62,684 nucleotides of DNA from an uncultured Gammaproteobacteria bacterium (GCA_964486065.1 CAZAKN010000006.1:1-62684), one strand, 5' to 3'. Shown: positions 53,494-62,654, counted from the stretch's first letter. The notes: generated by a model from the sequence alone, not told the origin. Numbers and translations are program-made.

Positions 53494-54306
53494 ATGGCGA
53501 AAAAACAAAAAAAATTAGGGTTAGCCTTGGGCAGTGGCGCGGTTCGCGGTTTGGTGCATGTGGGAATTATCAAAGTTCTGCATCAAAACGATATTAAAAT
53601 AAATTATCTGGCCGGTTCCAGCATCGGCGCTTGGGTGGGAGCGCATTATGCGTTGAACAAAGATGTGGACGCTTTGGAAGAATACACTTTGAATAAACGC
53701 TCTGATAAATTATCCGTTTTTTTGGAACCGAGTTTATCAGGTGGATTAGTAAAAGGAGTAAAGTTGGAAAAATTATTGAAAAAATGGTTGGGTCGTTCCA
53801 CTTTCAAAGATTTAAAAATTCCTTTGCGTGTCGTAACGGTGGATTTAATCAAAGGAAAACCTTATATTTTTAAAAATGGTGATCTGGCTAAAGCCGTGCA
53901 CGCCAGCATGTGTATTCCGACTTTATTTAAACCCATAAGACATAAAGACATGATCTTGGTTGACGGCGGAGTGGTTAATCCGGTTCCCGATGATGTGGTG
54001 AAGAAAATGGGAGCCGAAGTGGTGATCTCCGTTAATTTGGATCATTATCCCACGGAACATTGTTTCGGAGATGAATCATTATCAATGGCGCAAACCGCTG
54101 ATCGCAGTTTTTTCGTCATGCGACAATACTTATCAAAATATTGTTTACAAAGCTCGGATTTAATAATCAATCCGAAATTCAAAGATCCGGAACTACTCAG
54201 CTGGACCGCGTATTTCCGCAACAAAACTGGAGAAAAACTTATTAAAATCGGCGAACAATACGCTAAAAGAGCTTTGCCCAAAATTAAAAAACTAATAACC
54301 CCGTAA
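53494..54306 (+). CDS. patatin-like phospholipase
   Basis: GSGAVRG oxyanion motif, GSSIGA (GxSxG), DGG catalytic Asp motif. Confidence 0.9.
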   Translation: MAKKQKKLGLALGSGAVRGLVHVGIIKVLHQNDIKINYLAGSSIGAWVGAHYALNKDVDALEEYTLNKRSDKLSVFLEPSLSGGLVKGVKLEKLLKKWLGRSTFKDLKIPLRVVTVDLIKGKPYIFKNGDLAKAVHASMCIPTLFKPIRHKDMILVDGGVVNPVPDDVVKKMGAEVVISVNLDHYPTEHCFGDESLSMAQTADRSFFVMRQYLSKYCLQSSDLIINPKFKDPELLSWTAYFRNKTGEKLIKIGEQYAKRALPKIKKLITP

Positions 54307-54309
54307 TCT

Positions 54310-54810
54310 ATGCAAGTGCCCCGCCGGCGAGGCGAAAACAAACCTCAAACCAAAAAAGATTTTGCCATAACACGCGAAAAATATGAACAGCTTCGCGTCA
54401 AACTGGAAAAAATGTTGAAACGCGACCGACCGCGTCTGGCGTCCGAAGTGCAAAGATTGGGTGAATTGGGAGATTTCTCAGAAAACGCGGAATACCAAAT
54501 CGCCAAAGGCAAATTGCGAGGTCTTAATAATCGGATTGACCGAGTGAGAAACGAAATTGATCACGCGGAGATAATTGAACCTGACGAAAACAAGGAAGTC
54601 GTCAAAGTCGGACACAGTGTGGAAGTGGAGGTAACCGGGAAACGCAAAATTTATCAAATCTTGGGTTCTGGCGAAACGGATCCCTCCGCCGGTATTATCT
54701 CTCGCAACTCTCCACTGGGCGTGGCGCTACTCGGCAAAAAACCGGGACAAATCATACAACTGCCGACCGCCGACAAAACCGTTACTTACAAAATCTTGGA
54801 TATAAAATAA
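54310..54810 (+). CDS. greA: transcription elongation factor GreA
   Basis: Coiled-coil N-domain with GDFSENAEY and a C-terminal ISRNSPLGVALLGKKPG motif. Confidence 0.9.
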   Translation: MQVPRRRGENKPQTKKDFAITREKYEQLRVKLEKMLKRDRPRLASEVQRLGELGDFSENAEYQIAKGKLRGLNNRIDRVRNEIDHAEIIEPDENKEVVKVGHSVEVEVTGKRKIYQILGSGETDPSAGIISRNSPLGVALLGKKPGQIIQLPTADKTVTYKILDIK

Positions 54811-54838
54811 TCCCGCATAATAACGGGATTATTTTATT
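54809..54838. terminator. bidirectional hairpin terminator
   Basis: Stem AATCCCG/CGGGATT flanked by A- and T-rich runs. Confidence 0.8.
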
Positions 54839-54851
54839 ATTTAATAATTTT

Positions 54852-55691
54852 TTATTGACAATCAGCCGGACAAGATTTCACGCTTTCCGCGCAAGGACAA
54901 CCTTGTCCCAAACAAACCATTTCTTGACAAATACCGTCACCACATTGATCTTGGCAAATCGGTCCATCCGATGAAGCATCATTTTCTTCGGGTACAATTC
55001 GGAAATCAACAATTTTCACTTCATCAGCCGATGGTACGGCGAATTCCACCGTGGCGGTGTAAGCGACATGTCCGTCTTCATATTCCACCAAGCAAAGCAT
55101 GGGACTTAAAAAACGCACGGAAGTTATATAAAATGTGCCACCCAAAACTTCTTTTTCCGGAGACAATTCCGAAATATTGGCTTTCAAATATTCTGTTACC
55201 GATTCTTGAATAGCCGGCGAAACCGCGGAATTCAAGTCTCCGCTCGCTTCACCTTCATGGCAAATTATATTATCAATCAACCAGACGCTTTCTTGTTTTT
55301 TCAACATAACTTTAATATTTCTTTCACTGCCACCGAAATTCTCTTGCAACAAAACTTCAGCGGAATCATTGGCAATGGTTTGATTTACGATTTCAAAAGA
55401 AGCCGGTCTATCTTGAGCGCAAAGCACGGGATCATAAGCGCTTTTATCAAATGAAGAGATAATCTCATCAAGTCTATCAACGGCCGTGGCGGTTAAATAC
55501 TTATTGTCTTGATAATATTTATCAACTAAAGGATTCCCCTCATAATCAAGCCAAGTTTGATAAAAATTTTCCACGGTTTGTTCCGGTGAATCATGGAAAA
55601 CTTCAAATTTACCAAGCGCGAAAGTTATTCCCGCCACGATCAAAGTGGCGATAATCACGGTTAAAAAAATTGAAATTACATTGTTTTTCAT
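54852..55691 (-). CDS. membrane-anchored hypothetical protein with Cys-rich C-terminal module
   Basis: 279 aa. C-terminus reads CQDQCGDGICQEMVCLGQGCPCAESVKSCPADCQ. Confidence 0.7.
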   Translation of the reverse strand: MKNNVISIFLTVIIATLIVAGITFALGKFEVFHDSPEQTVENFYQTWLDYEGNPLVDKYYQDNKYLTATAVDRLDEIISSFDKSAYDPVLCAQDRPASFEIVNQTIANDSAEVLLQENFGGSERNIKVMLKKQESVWLIDNIICHEGEASGDLNSAVSPAIQESVTEYLKANISELSPEKEVLGGTFYITSVRFLSPMLCLVEYEDGHVAYTATVEFAVPSADEVKIVDFRIVPEENDASSDGPICQDQCGDGICQEMVCLGQGCPCAESVKSCPADCQ

Positions 55692-55695
55692 AAAT

Positions 55696-57174
55696 TTATT
55701 GATTATTTATTTCACTTTTTTCAAGCAACGGTTCCGAAGCTATCGCCGGTTCGCGAAGCAAAATCGGTTCTTCTCCCATTCCTTCAACCAGCAAAACGGT
55801 TACGAACCGCGAACCGAAATAATCATCCGGACTTTGTTCCACCGGAAAAAGCAATCCGGGAACCAACAATTCTTCACTCATACCTTCGGAATAATTATAA
55901 GTTTTTATCAGAGCCCGAAGCGGTGTGCCCAAAACAATTTCTTCAACATCTTCTTCCGTTTCCGAGAATGTTTGACGCATTCCCCCTTTTTCCGCCATTT
56001 CAATTATTTTATCATTATCATTGATCAAAGGATAATCCGAAGCTAAATACTTTTGAGAGCGCAAATCATAAACGGAAGAAACTTTTTCATGTCTGATATT
56101 GATGTTCATGTTTAAACCTACCGGATACCCACTTTGGTCGTAAACTTCATGACCTTCCACCATAAGCGGGAAAGTTACTTGCATACTTTCAGGCACATAA
56201 TCCGGCGCGTTTTCCCCCATGCGAGAGTAATGCCTTTTCCATTCATTGCGCACTATCGGTGCACCGTAATATTTTAAATCAATACCATATTCATCGGCAA
56301 AATTTTTAGCGATTTGGAAAAGCTTTTCATCGGAAGGCACATCAGCCAAAGTCAACATACTTTGCTCGGAACAACGAGTTTCTTCCACTCCGAAACAATG
56401 GGTTTTCAAATCACTTTGAGGCCAAGTCCGCCAATTTTCGTTAATATTGGCCACGCCTCGTTCCAAATCAATATTCAACATGTGTCCGAACTCCTTATCT
56501 TCATACAAAGTTAAATTTTGCAAACCGATATTTTTAAATTTTTTCAAATCAATCAGGCCAAGATCAATATTTTGCAAAGTTGAAGCCAACCCGCTTTCTT
56601 CAAATCCTTCCAGCAAATATTTGTAAACAGGGGCTTCGCCTTCGGTTAATCCCAATTCACCTTTAAACACATATTTATATTGTGAAGGCATTGGCGCGAT
56701 CCGAACCACCGAATCAACAGCTGTTTCCATTTTATTTGAGGCATACCCTCCCGCGCCGGCACCGCGACCTTCAGTTTCAATCAATTGAGGAGCTTGAAAT
56801 GACAAGGCGCCAAATGTTTCATCTGCTCCTTTTTCAATCCGCGTTTGGTTGATATCCATACCCGGACCGGAAGGTCCGGAATTCCACGGCACGAATATGG
56901 TAAACATCAAAACCGCTCCCAATGTCGCCCCACCACAAGCAAAAATCAAATTTTTCATCGTAATGATACTTTGCTTATCTTCCGGCTGTTGCATTTTTCG
57001 CGCTTTGGTTTGCAATTTCTGACGCAATTCGACAATGAATTTTTCATCAACAACCGGCTCCGGTTTATTCTTCAACATGACCGCGATCAATTCCGCCAAA
57101 TCAGCTTCGTGTTTTTTAAAATCCGAATCAATTTTATACAATTCATTTAAAATTTCTTTTATTTTTTTATTCAT
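55696..57174 (-). CDS. single-pass membrane protein downstream of the ECF sigma gene (putative anti-sigma/sensor)
   Basis: 492 aa. Roughly 85-aa cytoplasmic N-terminus, one TM helix, large extracytoplasmic domain. Starts 5 nt after the sigma gene. Confidence 0.65.
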   Translation of the reverse strand: MNKKIKEILNELYKIDSDFKKHEADLAELIAVMLKNKPEPVVDEKFIVELRQKLQTKARKMQQPEDKQSIITMKNLIFACGGATLGAVLMFTIFVPWNSGPSGPGMDINQTRIEKGADETFGALSFQAPQLIETEGRGAGAGGYASNKMETAVDSVVRIAPMPSQYKYVFKGELGLTEGEAPVYKYLLEGFEESGLASTLQNIDLGLIDLKKFKNIGLQNLTLYEDKEFGHMLNIDLERGVANINENWRTWPQSDLKTHCFGVEETRCSEQSMLTLADVPSDEKLFQIAKNFADEYGIDLKYYGAPIVRNEWKRHYSRMGENAPDYVPESMQVTFPLMVEGHEVYDQSGYPVGLNMNINIRHEKVSSVYDLRSQKYLASDYPLINDNDKIIEMAEKGGMRQTFSETEEDVEEIVLGTPLRALIKTYNYSEGMSEELLVPGLLFPVEQSPDDYFGSRFVTVLLVEGMGEEPILLREPAIASEPLLEKSEINNQ

Positions 57175-57178
57175 ATTT

Positions 57179-57766
57179 TCAATTCATTATTAAATATATG
57201 ATTAATGAAGAAAGCGCCGATTCTTTGCGGATTTTTCGCAATATTCTGGACACGGTCATTTTCAATCCACCCTGGCTCATACCGGTTATTTCCGATATCT
57301 CTTTATAGCTAAGTCCATCCCAAACTCGCATGATTATAATTTCTCTCTGCCGAGGGCTAAACTTTTTTAAATATTTTCCCACTTGGTTCAATCGCATACG
57401 AGCAGCCACTTCTTCCGAACAATCATCTCGCGATAAAACACCAAGTAAATTATCAATATCACTTTCATTTTTATTTTTACGATAGTGATCAATGACCGTG
57501 TTACGAGCAATCGCGTAAAGCCAAGATGAAAAAGTCCCCTGATCCGAACTGTAATGCTTTATTTTATCCAAAGCTTTGATGAAAACTTCGGAAGTAAGAT
57601 CTTCCGCTGTCTCCCGATGACTGACACGATAATAAACAAAAGCGTATATTTTTTTCACATAAGCGTCATATAATTCCGCGAAATGCTCCGGCCGGCCGGT
57701 TTGGCATTTTTCTATCAATTGTTTTTCTCTTTCCCTCATGATCATGTTGTTAATTTTGACTGTCAC
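57179..57766 (-). CDS. ECF-type RNA polymerase sigma-70 family factor
   Basis: Region 2 (AEDLTSEVFIKAL...FSSWLYAIARN) and region 4 (LSYKEISEITGMSQGGLKMTVSR). The ORF track start is a GTG; an ATG at 57745 is possible. Confidence 0.88.
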   Translation of the reverse strand: MTVKINNMIMREREKQLIEKCQTGRPEHFAELYDAYVKKIYAFVYYRVSHRETAEDLTSEVFIKALDKIKHYSSDQGTFSSWLYAIARNTVIDHYRKNKNESDIDNLLGVLSRDDCSEEVAARMRLNQVGKYLKKFSPRQREIIIMRVWDGLSYKEISEITGMSQGGLKMTVSRILRKIRKESALSSLIIYLIMN

Positions 57767-57830
57767 TTAATACAACGAAGCAATCGTTAGAAAGTAACTT
57801 CTTGTTAATATTTTACTGCAAATCAAGCAT

Positions 57831-57866
57831 AAATAAAAGAAAAGCTTCGCCTTTGAAGACGAAGCT
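57831..57866 (-). terminator. Rho-independent terminator after Zn-ribbon gene 1
   Basis: Stem AGCTTCG/CGAAGCT followed by TTTTCTTTTATTT on the minus strand. Confidence 0.75.
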
Positions 57867-57874
57867 CTTGTTTT

Positions 57875-58219
57875 TCATGAAACGAATTTGTGACTTTTAA
57901 ACCAAAACACCAAACGACCCTGTTGGTTTCTGTAAGCAAAAGGCGTATGCTCTCGGTGAATTTGGCTGGAACGGAACAGATTAACATGGGAAAAATCCGT
58001 TTCCGGCAATTGTTCCAAATTCTCGTTGAAAACTCCCCACTGTTTGCCACAATTGATGCATTGATAATGATAAAAACGCAATCCTTGCGTTCCCAGCTTA
58101 TCAGGCAAATTATTAAGCAAAGTCAATCTGCTACAATGACGCTCCATCCCGCTACCGCACCCCGGACAAGTATTGTTCCTTCGCGCGGCCTGCAATCTGG
58201 AATACGCAACATAAGACAT
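57875..58219 (-). CDS. small CxxC...CxxC zinc-ribbon protein (paralog 1)
   Basis: ATG at 58219 preceded by AGGAGG. CPGCGS...CINCGKQWGV. Collinear with the 62173-62523 paralog. Confidence 0.75.
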   Translation of the reverse strand: MSYVAYSRLQAARRNNTCPGCGSGMERHCSRLTLLNNLPDKLGTQGLRFYHYQCINCGKQWGVFNENLEQLPETDFSHVNLFRSSQIHREHTPFAYRNQQGRLVFWFKSHKFVS

Positions 58220-58297
58220 GCACACCTCCTTTTGATAAATGAACAAACGCGCCACAACAATCTATCATAAAAAAACGATTTTGTAAATCCCGTCAAC

Positions 58298-59911
58298 CTA
58301 TATCAACAATATCAGCGCCACCGTGATTAAAAGCAAAGCGGAAAGCGTGGCTGATATTCGGGAAAAATATTTGAGTTTGGAAAAAAATCTCCGCTTGGCT
58401 TCAACAATAACAAAACCAAAAACCAACAAAGTAGTCCATATACCCAAACCGAAAACCAAAATCACCGGAATAATCCAACTGATTTTTCCAATACTGAAAA
58501 GTATTATCATGATCGCCCAACCAATGGTGCAAGGCGCCAGACCGGCAATGAAGGCCAGCACCGAAGCTTTGCCCGCGGATGATTCTCGCTTGAATTCATC
58601 ATGCGGTAAAAAATTCTTTACTAAATAAAACAGTCCTAAAAACAATAAAATATACGCGCCGAGTTTCTGCAATCCGCCGATATATTTATATACATCTCCG
58701 GAAATTGATAAGACTTTAAAAACCAAAGCCAAAATAATCACATCCGCCAAATGCGTTACGGTCATAACCGTGGAAAATAAAAATGCTTCCTTTCGCCCTT
58801 TATCATGTTCCACTAGATAGGAAATCAAAATACCTTTACCGTGTCCGCTTTCAAACGCGTGCAGAACACCTAAAACATAAATCAATGCAAAAATAAGAAT
58901 TTTGGCTGTTACATCATCTCTTTCAAAAAGAGTTTTTAACTTATCCAAATATTTTTGCAATCTCTCGGTTTGAAAAAATCTGGCGGAATCTCCGGTTTCT
59001 TCATTGGCTTGCGAAGTGATAATAATTTCACCGGTTTGTTCAGATTGAGTTTCAATTTCAGCGGACGGATCGTCGGATAATTCTTCAAGTGGCAAAAAGA
59101 CATTGTCCGCTTCGGATGCGATTTCTTCAGGTAAGTCAATTATTTCTCGCTCAGGTGATCTGTCACCTTGATATTCGCGCTTCTTTTGTCCGGGAGATAA
59201 ATCTGCCACCAAAGGATCCCAACCGTTATCCGTTTCTTCTTTATCCGTATAGCCATCATAATCAGAATCCGGCTCGGTCGGATCTGTCCCGTAAACAGCT
59301 TCTTGTTCATCACTCAATCCGTCTTGATCCAAGTCTTGCAAAATCCGTTTATTTTCACCTTGAAAATCATAATAACCTCGCATGATTTTGGCTGTTAAAA
59401 TATCTTCCATATATTCTTCATCACCAATTTGGAATGTTTGCATTTCCCCATCCGAATAAAATACCATTTTATTGGTTTGCAATTTTGAAAATTCAATAAA
59501 TAATTTATTCTCATATTCCAATCGGCTGATGGTCGCACCACAATCAAATTGGTATTCCATGGCAAAACCGCCACCCAAAATTTCAAAATCATCCAACGGT
59601 GGTAAATTCACGGAAACGATACGACACAATTGTCCATTATTTTTCAAGCTGATTTTTTCATTTAAATAATCAACTAAAACTTTTTTATGATTGTAAAAAT
59701 CAGCCGGTTTTTCATAAGCAATCTTTTTGCTGTCAAACAACAAACCGAGCAAATATGGGTGAATATATGTACGCGCCTGAACAATAGATTCACCGGTTGA
59801 AACGAAAAATTCACTTCCCGTGATATCCAAAGGATGCGCTTCAACGCTCGGAATCAAAACGATAAATAGCAAAATAGTGGCAAAACCGTACTTAATGAAT
59901 ATTTTTAACAT
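58298..59911 (-). CDS. RcnA/NicO-like metal transporter fused to a large N-terminal extracytoplasmic domain with TSP3-like Asp-rich repeats
   Basis: C-terminal half carries LHAFESGHGKG and GLAPC motifs, as in E. coli RcnA (LHGLEPGHSK, GLIPC). The middle contains DLDQDGLSDEQE and DSDYDGYTDKEE. Confidence 0.75.
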   Translation of the reverse strand: MLKIFIKYGFATILLFIVLIPSVEAHPLDITGSEFFVSTGESIVQARTYIHPYLLGLLFDSKKIAYEKPADFYNHKKVLVDYLNEKISLKNNGQLCRIVSVNLPPLDDFEILGGGFAMEYQFDCGATISRLEYENKLFIEFSKLQTNKMVFYSDGEMQTFQIGDEEYMEDILTAKIMRGYYDFQGENKRILQDLDQDGLSDEQEAVYGTDPTEPDSDYDGYTDKEETDNGWDPLVADLSPGQKKREYQGDRSPEREIIDLPEEIASEADNVFLPLEELSDDPSAEIETQSEQTGEIIITSQANEETGDSARFFQTERLQKYLDKLKTLFERDDVTAKILIFALIYVLGVLHAFESGHGKGILISYLVEHDKGRKEAFLFSTVMTVTHLADVIILALVFKVLSISGDVYKYIGGLQKLGAYILLFLGLFYLVKNFLPHDEFKRESSAGKASVLAFIAGLAPCTIGWAIMIILFSIGKISWIIPVILVFGLGIWTTLLVFGFVIVEAKRRFFSKLKYFSRISATLSALLLITVALILLI

Positions 59912-59942
59912 ATATTCAATTGTAGCAAAAAGCCGAACTCAC

Positions 59943-59973
59943 AAAAAGCCCTCGCCGGAGGCGGGGGCTTTTT
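59943..59973. terminator. bidirectional Rho-independent terminator
   Basis: 10-bp stem AGCCCTCGCC/GGCGGGGGCT flanked by A5 and T5. Confidence 0.85.
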
Positions 59974-59993
59974 GTTATATTTAAAGGAAGGGT

Positions 59994-60413
59994 TTAAAGT
60001 TCGGTTTGACATCGTTTCTTGCCAAAGGCGCGACCATCGCGAAAACCCTTTTTATAAGCTTTCCCATGTCCCAATTCATCCAAGCTCAATTCTTCAGCCA
60101 ATGCTTTGGCTCCTTCCATGTCACCGGCTCGCATAAGTTTATGCATTTGCAAATGATTGTTGAAATTTTCTTCGGTCAATTTGTCTTCGGACATTTTGTC
60201 CGCCAATAAAGATTTCCAAGCCTCATAATCTTTATTTTCTAAAATTTGTTTCATTTCATCACGATGTTCTTGAAATTTTTCCGCTCGTTCGGGGTAAGCG
60301 GTCAAGCTTGATGAAACATCATTATCCGTGGCGCCGGCTATCGCCGACACACCGGCCGTGGTGATCAGTAGTCCCAAAACCGCGACTGCCAGATAATACT
60401 TGTTTTTGTTCAT
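59994..60413 (-). CDS. secreted helical hypothetical protein
   Basis: 139 aa with a signal peptide and a K/E-rich helical body. Confidence 0.65.
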   Translation of the reverse strand: MNKNKYYLAVAVLGLLITTAGVSAIAGATDNDVSSSLTAYPERAEKFQEHRDEMKQILENKDYEAWKSLLADKMSEDKLTEENFNNHLQMHKLMRAGDMEGAKALAEELSLDELGHGKAYKKGFRDGRAFGKKRCQTEL

Positions 60414-60441
60414 ACTTTTTAATTATTTTTTAACGGGCCCT

Positions 60442-61149
60442 TCACTTAGTAATACGCGGTTTTAACATATTTCTTGCGTCCGGCGATAATGGAGCTTTCA
60501 TGCCCGCTTCAGACCAAAATAATACTTTTTCCGCTTTAAATTCGCGCGGTCCCGATTGTTCACCGAAAACTTGCACTTTTTCACGCAAATATTTATTCTC
60601 CAACCCTTTATAATGAATTTTCCAAACATCATCTTTCTTTCTCATCAAGACAAAATTATCCGGTGAAATCTGAATAACTTTGCCCATGATCATCCCTTGT
60701 TCCGGACTTGCCCAAAGGCGCATTCTTTTTTCCATCATTTGTTTGTATATGGGGAAATGATCAAAAGCTTTTTTTTCTATCTTGTCGCTCCAACCCGCCA
60801 CGAAAATCAAAGTGCCGGCGATCATACTGATGCCGATACTGATCACGATAAGCAAATATGGATTTAAACGATATCCGGATTTGGTGTGTTTGAAATTGTA
60901 ATAAGCCAAAACGATAAATAAGGCCAGAACCGTCAGCCAAAAGTATGGGATGTAAAACCAACCCGATTTCAAAAGAAAATTCGTGCGTAACATGAGAATC
61001 ATTACCGCGAAAGCCAAACTTCCCACGACCACGGACACCGCGAAAAAAAACCACATTACATAATCTTTTAAAAGAAATTGCCATCTGCTTTTTGGCGTGA
61101 TTTTTTCTTGTTCCAATTTTTGAAAAACTTTATCTTGTAATTTGCTCAT
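60442..61149 (-). CDS. multi-pass membrane protein downstream of ECF sigma 2 (putative anti-sigma)
   Basis: ATG at 61149 (the ORF track starts at a TTG, 61167). Overlaps the sigma gene 3' end by 20 nt. About 4 TM helices plus a C-terminal soluble domain. Confidence 0.65.
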   Translation of the reverse strand: MSKLQDKVFQKLEQEKITPKSRWQFLLKDYVMWFFFAVSVVVGSLAFAVMILMLRTNFLLKSGWFYIPYFWLTVLALFIVLAYYNFKHTKSGYRLNPYLLIVISIGISMIAGTLIFVAGWSDKIEKKAFDHFPIYKQMMEKRMRLWASPEQGMIMGKVIQISPDNFVLMRKKDDVWKIHYKGLENKYLREKVQVFGEQSGPREFKAEKVLFWSEAGMKAPLSPDARNMLKPRITK

Positions 61150-61699
61150 ATTTTTTACATTGTTCAAAAAAATTCTTTTTGGCGCGATTCAACAAAGCCC
61201 CGACCGTGCCTTCCGGCTTTTTTAAAACATCGGAAATTTCCCGATATTCCATTTCTTCAAAATATCGCAAGATTAAAACTTCACGATATTTCAAATCCAT
61301 TTGCGACAATACTTTATTTATAAAATCATTATTCAAATTTATTTCAATTTCTTTTTCAGCGTCAAAATCACCACGCATTTTCTCCAAAATCTCTTCGCTG
61401 ATTTCCGATTCATATGTTTGCGGTCGCGCTTTCTTTTTACGATACTCGCTGATAACTTGATTGCGCGTGATGCGATAAATCCACGAGGAAAATTTCAGAT
61501 CCATATCAAAATCATTTAAATTGCGATAAACCTTGATAAAAACTTCTTGCAATATGTCTTCCGCGTCCTCCACGGAAAAATTGGAAATGCGACGAATGTA
61601 TCTGAATAACGGTTTTTCATATTTTTCAATCAAATACCTGAAATCAGCCTGGCTATGTAAAGCCAGCCGAACCAGTTCAGCATCTGTTTTTGATCGCAT
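61130..61699 (-). CDS. ECF-type RNA polymerase sigma-70 family factor (second copy)
   Basis: Region 2 (AEDILQEVFIKVY...FSSWIYRITRN) and region 4 (MEYREISDVLKKPEGTVGALLNRA). ATG at 61699. Confidence 0.88.
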   Translation of the reverse strand: MRSKTDAELVRLALHSQADFRYLIEKYEKPLFRYIRRISNFSVEDAEDILQEVFIKVYRNLNDFDMDLKFSSWIYRITRNQVISEYRKKKARPQTYESEISEEILEKMRGDFDAEKEIEINLNNDFINKVLSQMDLKYREVLILRYFEEMEYREISDVLKKPEGTVGALLNRAKKNFFEQCKKYEQITR

Positions 61700-61859
61700 A
61701 TTCAATCAATGTTTAATAATCATTAAGTTCCGCGTCACCTGCCAAGTAATACGCATTATACCCCGATTTCTTGCATAAACAAAACCGAAAAGCATTGACT
61801 TTTTGATAATAATTGGCAATAATGTCTTTACATTTTTCAATCCAAACAAGGAGGCGTCA

Positions 61860-62084
61860 ATGAGTTTCAAAAGGAAGAACGAAAACCTGAAACATGTCCG
61901 AGAGGGAAAAGGTTTTTGCCACGAATCAACGGTGAAAGCACACGGCAAAACTTATCATGTCCGCTTCCATGATGTTCACCCCGAAGATCCTCGCAATCCG
62001 CCAACTCTCGAACAATTGGATTTTCCCGCCAAGAGAATCCTCAAACGACAGGCAGAACCTTTCAATCCGCCACGCGGTGAATAA
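61860..62084 (+). CDS. small His-rich hypothetical protein
   Basis: 74 aa from the ATG at 61860, preceded by AAGGAGG (5-nt spacing). Has its own terminator. Confidence 0.6.
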   Translation: MSFKRKNENLKHVREGKGFCHESTVKAHGKTYHVRFHDVHPEDPRNPPTLEQLDFPAKRILKRQAEPFNPPRGE

Positions 62085-62103
62085 TCCGCCTCAAATTAAA
62101 CCA

Positions 62104-62128
62104 AGCCCCATCGCGTGATGGGGCTTTT
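62104..62128 (+). terminator. Rho-independent terminator
   Basis: 9-bp stem AGCCCCATC/GATGGGGCT followed by TTTT. Confidence 0.8.
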
Positions 62129-62133
62129 GTAAT

Positions 62134-62166
62134 AAAAAAGGCCTTCTTCAAATGTGAAGAAAGCCT
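62134..62166 (-). terminator. Rho-independent terminator after Zn-ribbon gene 2
   Basis: 11/12-bp stem AGGCCTTCTTCA/TGAAGAAAGCCT followed by T6 on the minus strand. Confidence 0.75.
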
Positions 62167-62172
62167 CTTGTT

Positions 62173-62523
62173 TTAAACCGCTAAAAATCTTTTTCCATCC
62201 GAGAAAAAAAACAAACTTTGTCCATTCATTTCAGCGTAGGTTTTTCCTCGCAAATGATGCGCCCCCGCTTGCGGATGCATCATCTTTTGAAATGAATTTG
62301 GAGGTAAATTTTTCAATTGCGGGCTGTAAATCCCCCATTCTTTGTCGCAAAGACTACAATGACAAATAGTAAAGCAAAGCGTATTTCCCGGCATAGAAAC
62401 TCGGACATTATTAAGCCTTTTGGTTTCTTGCCAACGATCCATGTTCTCCTGACCGCAATACGGACATTTGTCACTTTTGCCTTTTTGAGATTGTCTGGAA
62501 AATGCTTGAAATCCATTATTCAT
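62173..62523 (-). CDS. small CxxC...CxxC zinc-ribbon protein (paralog 2)
   Basis: ATG at 62523 preceded by AAGGAG. CPYCGQ...CSLCDKEWGI. Collinear with the 57875-58219 paralog, including a conserved 5' leader. Confidence 0.75.
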   Translation of the reverse strand: MNNGFQAFSRQSQKGKSDKCPYCGQENMDRWQETKRLNNVRVSMPGNTLCFTICHCSLCDKEWGIYSPQLKNLPPNSFQKMMHPQAGAHHLRGKTYAEMNGQSLFFFSDGKRFLAV

Positions 62524-62654
62524 GCCCGACTCCTTTTGACTAAAAGTTTTTAAAATGAACGCAAAAAACAGCATAATACAATATAATTTTTTTTGCAAAT
62601 ATGGTTTACCATAAACTGACTGATGCTTGATTTATCAAACACCGACTGGTAGGG

